Assembly: GCA_029838215.1 (NCBI GenBank)
Contig: JALGVI010000018.1
Span: 1 to 64,000, forward strand
Source: Candidatus Helarchaeota archaeon
GTDB taxonomy: Archaea > Asgardarchaeota > Lokiarchaeia > Helarchaeales > RDOG01
DNA length: 64,000 nucleotides
Direction: 5' to 3'
In this document: positions 57,549 to 64,000 of the stretch, piece after piece
Position numbering within the stretch: position 1 is the stretch's first letter
How the letters are laid out: the number at the start of each line of letters is the position of its first letter
Translations under genes and position numbers: made by a program
Notes under the pieces: generated by a model
What the model was told of the DNA's origin: nothing
The model's input: the letters and a program-made list of their open reading frames with translations, nothing else
Databases searched by the model: none

Positions 57549-59183
57549 TCATGCTGCAGATTTTTGTTTTTCAAGCTCTTCCTGCTCGATTTTCTTGAAG
57601 AAGTTGACGACTTCATCAGGATCTCCGACAATTCGTAGCTTACCGTCTTTCATGAGAGCCGCCCGATCACATACTGCAAGAATGAAATCAATGTCGTGAG
57701 AAATTATCAAGTATGACTGTTGCAAGTTATCGCGAGCCGCCTTGATGGATTTGACGATTGTCATGCGAGTTAATGGATCTGCGGTTCCCGTAGGTTCATC
57801 CAAGACGACGATCTTGGGTTCTTGAATTAGCACTCGTGCGATTGCTACTCTGTGGCGCTCGCCTTCACTCACATTATCGGGATATTTATAGATCAGTGAA
57901 TCCATTTCCTTATTGGTGAAATTCACTGCTCGCAATGCATCGTATGCCTTCTTGGTCTTATACTCATCAGCCATGGGTTGTTCAATAGCACCCGTGAGGT
58001 TCTCCAAGATCGTCAGATGTGGATAGAGGCAATATTCTTGATGGAGCATTCCCATGTATTTTGTTGCCCTGCCTCTTTCTTCGGGACCATCAACGGACAT
58101 GTCAACCCATTCATCACCGATCTTGACGATTATTTTACCATAGGATATTTTCTTCTCACCCATCATCATGCTGACGAGAGAAGTCTTTCCGGATCCCGAT
58201 ACGCCAACAAGTCCGAAGATTTCACCTTCATTAATATGAAATGTTATGTGATTTACGGCTTTCACAATGCCGCGATCATGCGTGTAATAAGTTTTCTGGA
58301 CATCTTCGACCTTGATTAATTCCTTATCAAGCTTCCGTCGTTCAATGATGACTTCTCCCATTCGATCCATGAAGTCTTTGGCACATTTTGCAGGGTCCCC
58401 TTTGGAAACGATTTCACCATCTTCGAGGAGAATGGCTTCTTCTGAAAGTTCTACGACAGCTTCGGGCCAATGGGATGTGACCAAGAGGGTTAACCCTTCA
58501 TCTTTCACGGCTTGTTTCATGACATCATGAACAGCTACTGCTGTCAAAGGATCAAGAGTTCCAGAAGGTTCATCTGCAATGAAGAGAAGAGGATCTCGTG
58601 CGAGACACATTGCAAACACGGCGCGCTGTTTTTCGCCACCGCTTAGATCACGTGCTAAATGGCTTTCACGATGCCCTAGCCGAACCATGTCGATGAGGTT
58701 TGCTGCTTTATTTTCAAGTTCCTTTTCGGGAAAATTGATTTTTTTCAGCACGTTTTTAAGATTTTCAAGGACTGAAATTTCACCGTAGATGCCAAACGTC
58801 CGCTGGAACATGATGGAAATTCTATTGTAAAGAGCGTAAGCCAGAGGTGTAGATTTTTCACGTTCTTCCCAATAATCAACTTCTTTCGCCACGAGATTAG
58901 TGGCACAACGTGGACATTCCTGTCCTACCTTGCTTGGATAATCAACATGCCAACAATTCTCACATACAGCTATATTGTAGATGATTTTTCCTCGAGTAGG
59001 CTTGTAGTCCTTTGTGCCGCGAATCGCATTCATCAAGACGCTCTTACCTGAGCCCGATTTACCAAGAATGCCAAAACTTTTTCCTTCCATTATTGAGAAC
59101 GAAATATCTTTGATTGATGGTTCTCCACGAACAAATTCCTTTGTAACATTATCTACAATTAGAAAAGGTTTTTTCTCTACCAT
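57549..59183 (-). CDS. atwA: Methyl-coenzyme M reductase system component A2 (dual-ATPase ABC protein)
   Basis: GKSGSGKS, Zn motif CENC...CPRC, IMFQRTF, LSGGEKQR, DEPSGTLD. The second domain has GVSGSGKT, SEGERHR and DEPTGT. Confidence 0.93.
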   Translation of the reverse strand: MVEKKPFLIVDNVTKEFVRGEPSIKDISFSIMEGKSFGILGKSGSGKSVLMNAIRGTKDYKPTRGKIIYNIAVCENCWHVDYPSKVGQECPRCATNLVAKEVDYWEEREKSTPLAYALYNRISIMFQRTFGIYGEISVLENLKNVLKKINFPEKELENKAANLIDMVRLGHRESHLARDLSGGEKQRAVFAMCLARDPLLFIADEPSGTLDPLTAVAVHDVMKQAVKDEGLTLLVTSHWPEAVVELSEEAILLEDGEIVSKGDPAKCAKDFMDRMGEVIIERRKLDKELIKVEDVQKTYYTHDRGIVKAVNHITFHINEGEIFGLVGVSGSGKTSLVSMMMGEKKISYGKIIVKIGDEWVDMSVDGPEERGRATKYMGMLHQEYCLYPHLTILENLTGAIEQPMADEYKTKKAYDALRAVNFTNKEMDSLIYKYPDNVSEGERHRVAIARVLIQEPKIVVLDEPTGTADPLTRMTIVKSIKAARDNLQQSYLIISHDIDFILAVCDRAALMKDGKLRIVGDPDEVVNFFKKIEQEELEKQKSAA

Positions 59184-59195
59184 ATCAAGACCTCC

Positions 59196-59696
59196 TTATG
59201 GGAATCCCACAGGCCAAAATTTCGGTCTGTCCTCCTTTGTTTTCGAGATCTCCTTACCCTGAGCAACTTCAAGAATATCACCTTCATCAAGCAAGGCGAT
59301 CATATTCCCATAGATTTCTGCTCGCCCTAAAAAGGCAGATAGCGTGAAATCTTGTGTTCCTAAAAGGAATTTTGCCAAATCGTAATAGTCAAATCGAAAG
59401 ATCAAATGCGGTTCTACATCAGGAATTTCTGGCGTTACAGAGGTGGGACTTATCATGAAGCTCAGTCTCTCGATTGTTTTCTTTTTAGGATGAACTATCT
59501 CAAGAAGAATGAGACGATGTGGTATCATGCTAGCAATTTTAACGGCATCAGGCGTGATGATGGCCTGATCAAGCATGTAATCCATGAAGAGCATGAGTCC
59601 AGCAGGTTCCGTATCAGACTTTTGTCTGATCCAAGAAATGTCATGCCACCATTTATCCTTGAATTCGTCTTCGTACCATGCTTTCTCTTCACTCAT
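59196..59696 (-). CDS. SCP2 (sterol carrier protein 2)-like lipid-binding protein
   Basis: PHLIFRFDYYDLAKFLLGTQDFTLSAFLGRAEIYGN resembles the SCP2 C-terminal pattern pD.t.....df..l..G.......af..G...i.Gd. Confidence 0.6.
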   Translation of the reverse strand: MSEEKAWYEDEFKDKWWHDISWIRQKSDTEPAGLMLFMDYMLDQAIITPDAVKIASMIPHRLILLEIVHPKKKTIERLSFMISPTSVTPEIPDVEPHLIFRFDYYDLAKFLLGTQDFTLSAFLGRAEIYGNMIALLDEGDILEVAQGKEISKTKEDRPKFWPVGFP

Positions 59697-61459
59697 TCTT
59701 TGACCTCCTCTGCACCTTTTATTAAAGATTCTTTTGGATTCTTAAAATTAAACGTGAGACTTGGATCGGCAAATGCGGCTTTTACGAATGGAGATATGAC
59801 CCATGGATCTCCACGCCCCAATGCAGCACAATAAGCAAGGCTAACCTTGGCGGGTGCATATCCAAATGTTTTTGCATTATAAGGGTTGCGTAGACCCTGT
59901 AATTCCGCTAAACCACCTTCTTCGAGTCGTAATGAGCATGAAGCTGCCATGTCAATATGAGCTGGCATGTCAAATCCACTAGTTCCAGTTCTAAGCCACC
60001 CTTCACGAATGAGAATCCCGCGAGTATATGCAAGACCCCAATCTCCTACTTTTGAGCTTCCGGTAAGAAGAGCTGCAACATTTCCACCGAGACATGACAA
60101 CATGAATGTCAGTTGATTCCCTGAGAAATATTCTGTCACGGTATTATACTTTTCAATTCGTTCCATCGCCGTAATGACGACGTTCTCGATGACCCATCGA
60201 ATGGATTTCCACATGCTCGGAACTAGATGCTTTTGCTTTGATAGAATTCGCGTGAAGAACTTGTGAATGATTTCGTTGTACATTGCCATGAATTCTTCAT
60301 ACGCATCGCCGATGATCAAGCTCATTAGAAATTGGGTGCCAAATCCGATACTGCCCAGTTTTTCTTGATCTAGCCAGAATTGCTCCGTCAAAACAGGAAC
60401 GATAACGCCGAGACAACCAATTGTATTTTCGAGGTATTTCTGTGAGAGTTCTTGGTCTTGAGCTATTTCAAGGAATGGTTTTGCAGGAAGCTCAGCATCA
60501 CCTTGGCAAATATCTGCAAAAATACCATATGGAATGTTACCGATCTGGTTTGTTTCACCTGCAAGCAATATTCGCTCTTGTTTTTTTACGGTGTTTGCTA
60601 ATTCTGCTAAAGTGCTCGTTGTAGACATGCGATAAGTTGATTGAAGAGCAAGACAAGCCTGCATTCCTGACCAGATGGGAGCAATACCTCGAAGAATAGA
60701 AGGTGTTCTTGCCACGACATAAATGTTATCTCCCAGAGCTTCTTTGATTTTTATGGCCCTGCTTTCATGAAAGTTCTTATCAATATCTATTATGAATCTT
60801 GGATCTACCATTTCCTTTACTTCATCGGCACCGGTTAGAACCTTTACGTAACCATCTTTTGTCAATCTTGGATTAATTTCGTCCAACTTATCAAGTAGGG
60901 AAGCTCCCCCTCCAATATTATGAGAGTAAGTCCGGAGAAATTCATTAACGGTAGTTGGAGTGACTTCTTTGTTTGCACGTATTTGTACGACGTGATGAGG
61001 AATGTCCAAGTTGTAGATGGATGTTCGAAGAACATCATTGTAAAGATCCATTAAGGCTTTATTATTGATAATATTGAGTTGGTCTGGTTCAATCTCAGCA
61101 CCAGTTCCTGAGATAATTCCACGAACCATCTGGTCTTGACCGATAGGAGATCCAACTGCTCGATTATATCCCGGGATTTTCCGTTCAATGGCGATTTGAA
61201 TTCCTGCTTCTTGGAATTTATTCTTAAGATAACTCTGATGAAAACCCTTCCGCATGTACATTGAGAAATCGGATTCTTCCGTTGGTTCCATGAATTCGTA
61301 CATTTGTTCAAATGTCTGCCACATTTTGGTTTCCTTTTCTAATGGCAAGAAATCACGGAGTTTAGCCACGGCGGCTCGAAGATATTGACTAGCCTTTGCA
61401 GTTTCCTCCATCTTAAGGACATCTGCGGGTAATTTTCCTTTTTTTAATGGTCCTGCCAT
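59693..61459 (-). CDS. mcrA: Highly divergent MCR/ACR alpha subunit homologue
   Basis: RKIPGYNRAVGSPIGQ, EVTP, YVKVLTG, WSGMQ, PYG.FAD.CQ, EEGG, RGDPW..SP.VK.AFADP.L.F.F all align with McrA. Confidence 0.93.
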   Translation of the reverse strand: MAGPLKKGKLPADVLKMEETAKASQYLRAAVAKLRDFLPLEKETKMWQTFEQMYEFMEPTEESDFSMYMRKGFHQSYLKNKFQEAGIQIAIERKIPGYNRAVGSPIGQDQMVRGIISGTGAEIEPDQLNIINNKALMDLYNDVLRTSIYNLDIPHHVVQIRANKEVTPTTVNEFLRTYSHNIGGGASLLDKLDEINPRLTKDGYVKVLTGADEVKEMVDPRFIIDIDKNFHESRAIKIKEALGDNIYVVARTPSILRGIAPIWSGMQACLALQSTYRMSTTSTLAELANTVKKQERILLAGETNQIGNIPYGIFADICQGDAELPAKPFLEIAQDQELSQKYLENTIGCLGVIVPVLTEQFWLDQEKLGSIGFGTQFLMSLIIGDAYEEFMAMYNEIIHKFFTRILSKQKHLVPSMWKSIRWVIENVVITAMERIEKYNTVTEYFSGNQLTFMLSCLGGNVAALLTGSSKVGDWGLAYTRGILIREGWLRTGTSGFDMPAHIDMAASCSLRLEEGGLAELQGLRNPYNAKTFGYAPAKVSLAYCAALGRGDPWVISPFVKAAFADPSLTFNFKNPKESLIKGAEEVKE

Positions 61460-61469
61460 GATTTTTCAC

Positions 61470-62279
61470 CTACTGATCGTTCACTAAATCGGGCTTGAAT
61501 CCTCCAAGTATTCGTAAATAAGAAATTCTTTCAAATAAGATAAATAATTCTGAACGATTTTTGTATATGTTATAATCTCCTCGATACATCACGTTTACTG
61601 CAGCCAAATCTTGCTTGTCCATGCCAAAACCCAAAGAAATGGGTTTGTCTAATGTTTTTGCATCCATGTCTCTAGTATAAAAAATATAGCCCGAGTCAAA
61701 ATCAAGCTTTGAACGACGCCGCGGGTCAAATACAACTTCAACTTCATCGAGGCGGTGGGCATATCCTTTAGGATCAATGGAGCGCAGGGTATTACGAACC
61801 GTATCAAACACCTCGGTTTCTATTAAGGGTTTGACAGCCGCTTCTACATCACGTTCTCTCATTTCAAGAAGAGTCGTATCTGCATTTTCAACTACATCAA
61901 CACCACGGAACCGATTAAAGTACATCCTCTGTCGGAGCACGGGACCAAGCGGAGCCTTCAATGAATCGGTAAAACTCGCAAATTTCATTCGATCTCCTTC
62001 TTCAGCTCCTGGTGTTGGCACGACCAGCTCTTTTATGGGGTCATATTTTTCCATTAGTTCCATGAGTGGTGGATGGATTGAAGAATAAAGACCCCCTGCA
62101 AAACGATGACCTAGTAAAGTAACAACATTATCATCTGGAACGTTTCTAATCTTGACTAAACGCTTCTCGGGATCCATGATCTTCCTTCTACGGGCAGAAC
62201 TTCCATCACTTCCCGGGTAAAATTGACGCGCTGCCTTTTCTTTTGCCTCTACTAATTTTCTACGGTCTGACATTGGCAT
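61470..62279 (-). CDS. mcrG: Divergent MCR/ACR gamma subunit homologue
   Basis: QFYPG, LLGHR, HPPL, GA..GDR, RFRG.D, E.RERD.E, ETEVFD, FD..RR, GGF. Confidence 0.93.
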   Translation of the reverse strand: MPMSDRRKLVEAKEKAARQFYPGSDGSSARRRKIMDPEKRLVKIRNVPDDNVVTLLGHRFAGGLYSSIHPPLMELMEKYDPIKELVVPTPGAEEGDRMKFASFTDSLKAPLGPVLRQRMYFNRFRGVDVVENADTTLLEMRERDVEAAVKPLIETEVFDTVRNTLRSIDPKGYAHRLDEVEVVFDPRRRSKLDFDSGYIFYTRDMDAKTLDKPISLGFGMDKQDLAAVNVMYRGDYNIYKNRSELFILFERISYLRILGGFKPDLVNDQ

Positions 62280-62290
62280 TTTTCTTCACC

Positions 62291-63655
62291 TCAGAGTTTA
62301 ACCTCCTTAGCCGCCTCGGCGACTTTCTTCATTGGTTCTTTAAACAATGGTTCAACTTCTCGAAGACGGAAGAAGACAGAGGACGTGTTGGTGGGCTTTT
62401 TATAAGTCGTTCCCGAGTCTAATGAAATGGCGGCTGCGATACAAGGAGCCATAAATGCAGAGTGGCGAAGGAATTCGCTATCCATTGAATAACTCCCGAT
62501 ATCTCCTTCATCGCCTAAAAGAGAGTGTGTATATAATGCTAGACCTAATCCTGCACCCTGCACTCTTCCAGCATCAGGATCAGGTAACCCTCCTGCTTCA
62601 ATGGAGAGTAGATCACTGAATCCTGAAAAAACAGAAGTAACAGACTGAGCAGCCCGACTTGCCCCTGTATTTACAATTGTAGCCGCTAAAAGTCCAGCAC
62701 AAGAATAAGCATTCCATTTTGCATAATCCTTTGTCTTGTACAGTCTAAAGCCCGAGAATAACTTGCTCGGATATGCTCGTCCATGTCGAACGATGACCTT
62801 ATCTTCAAATCCAAAACGAAGTAAATTTCCAATGACGTCTCCAACGGTTCCATCTTTTGACTCCGAAATAAGATCGTATAACAAGTTATCACCATTAAAA
62901 CCCTGATAAGCCAACCCGAGCAGGTAATACCGTTCAAACCAACCAATGGCATTACCTAATTCGAATTGTGCTGCATGTTCTAAAATGCTCGTAAGAGCAA
63001 TGGCATCAAAAGTTCGCTTATCGGTAAGGGCACAAATATGATTGAATAATGTTGACTTTAAATCAAGACCCATGCTCGCAATTAAGTGAGGAGGTTTCAA
63101 AAGTGTATAGACCGCCCATTCTGAGGAATTATCTAAAGGATACTTACCGAATACGGCGTTCTTAAGAATCCCGCAACCATCAGGATCTGAAATTGGTGTT
63201 ATGTTAAATACTTCGCTAATTGCCTGCATGAGAGCCACGCCGGGCACGCTGGAGACAACGGTCCTAGAACCTGCCTTATTCAACCGATTAGTTGGAATCT
63301 GAACGATCATTACATCGTTGCCCGGCAAGAAACTTACTGATGAATCGTCATTTTCAGTCAATTGGATTTTTTTCTTCACCTTTTCGCCTATGACCTGAGC
63401 CTGTTCCACGATCTCCCAATCACGTGCATGCCACGGCATGAATACGTCCTTCTCTTGCGCAACCGAATGACCAACATTACCTGTTCTTAACGTTTCTTCT
63501 AATCGCTTTAAGTCAATGAAAGTAGTTCGCTTAAAATAATCAATAATTTTTATCATGTAAGGGTTAAGCAGGGGATTTAATGATTCTATGGAAACGTCCT
63601 CAGTAATGCATTTCCCCATATCGTCATAAATGTCAATTTTATCTTCGTATTTCAT
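62291..63655 (-). CDS. mcrB: Divergent MCR/ACR beta subunit homologue
   Basis: DKIDIYDD.G, NPL.NP, ALTSILEH.AQFELGNAIG.FER..LLGLAYQG.N.DNL, WNAY..AG.LAA, PCIAAA..LD.GT. ATG at 63655 preferred. Confidence 0.94.
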   Translation of the reverse strand: MKYEDKIDIYDDMGKCITEDVSIESLNPLLNPYMIKIIDYFKRTTFIDLKRLEETLRTGNVGHSVAQEKDVFMPWHARDWEIVEQAQVIGEKVKKKIQLTENDDSSVSFLPGNDVMIVQIPTNRLNKAGSRTVVSSVPGVALMQAISEVFNITPISDPDGCGILKNAVFGKYPLDNSSEWAVYTLLKPPHLIASMGLDLKSTLFNHICALTDKRTFDAIALTSILEHAAQFELGNAIGWFERYYLLGLAYQGFNGDNLLYDLISESKDGTVGDVIGNLLRFGFEDKVIVRHGRAYPSKLFSGFRLYKTKDYAKWNAYSCAGLLAATIVNTGASRAAQSVTSVFSGFSDLLSIEAGGLPDPDAGRVQGAGLGLALYTHSLLGDEGDIGSYSMDSEFLRHSAFMAPCIAAAISLDSGTTYKKPTNTSSVFFRLREVEPLFKEPMKKVAEAAKEVKL

Positions 63656-63663
63656 TTTACTTC

Positions 63664-63894
63664 TCACTCCTTAATGCCCTTTAAGTACTCATCTCCGCAT
63701 TTTGGACACTCGTATTCCATCACTGCCATGTCAGGAGGACCCCTCCAAAAACAGGAAGGACATTCTATATCATTCGCTTTCTTTTTCATTCGCCAAAGAG
63801 GTGAATGCCCGACAGCACACGATGGACATACAGGGACTTTCGTGAATTCGGCTTCATCGCCTTTGAACCCGCATTTAGTACACTCATATTGCAA
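63664..63894 (-). CDS. Small four-CxxC Zn-ribbon protein heading the mcr-like operon
   Basis: CTKC, CPSC, CPSC, CPKC. TTG start after a GGTGA SD. Confidence 0.85.
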   Translation of the reverse strand: MQYECTKCGFKGDEAEFTKVPVCPSCAVGHSPLWRMKKKANDIECPSCFWRGPPDMAVMEYECPKCGDEYLKGIKE

Positions 63895-63932
63895 TTTTCT
63901 TCACCAATGGATCAGATTTTGATTACACCAAC

Positions 63933-63942
63933 TATTTATAAA
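63933..63942 (-). promoter_or_regulatory. Putative TATA box of the mcr-like operon
   Basis: The minus strand reads TTTATAAATA about 40 nt upstream of the first start codon. Confidence 0.55.
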
Positions 63943-64000
63943 TTTCAGATATAATTATCGATCTTAAATTTGTTTCACAGATGTTTCCATAATACATTTT

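Noticed and set aside
1-64000. CRISPR arrays, tRNA genes, transposases/integrases, prophage genes
   Set aside because: No regularly spaced repeats, T-loop/cloverleaf signatures or mobile-element ORFs were recognised by eye. A tRNAscan or ISEScan run would be needed to exclude split or degenerate cases.

Overview
This is 64 kb of AT-rich archaeal chromosome. It carries archaeal-type srp54, rpl3/rpl4, coaD, taw2/trm5 and AOR genes. It also has Asgard-type genes: roadblock, longin-like, Arf/Rag-like and Rab-like GTPases, and a GIFT/IFT52-like protein. Together with an MCR-family operon, this points to a Helarchaeota-like Asgard archaeon (inference). The strongest signals are four. (1) A circularly permuted 5S rRNA gene at 24584-24706: the native ends are joined by a UUCG-capped helix I, and the break is flanked by a bulge-helix-bulge motif whose predicted cut and ligation rebuild a normal 5S helix III. 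(2) An intact six-gene operon (Zn-ribbon, mcrB, mcrG, mcrA, SCP2-like, atwA) in which all three MCR subunits have lost key F430, CoM and CoB-binding residues while the A2 ATPase is intact. (3) An unannotated three-hairpin H/ACA guide RNA at 20218-20485, with a convincing 23S peptidyl-transferase-centre target for hairpin 1. (4) A fwdD-fwdG-like-fwdB cluster lacking the Mo/W-ligand residues. Frameshifts in eno, yjbQ and an HDAC-family gene are explained by short tandem duplications or direct-repeat deletions and may be assembly artefacts. No tRNA, CRISPR array or transposase was recognised. All alignments were done by eye against remembered reference sequences; no searches were run.
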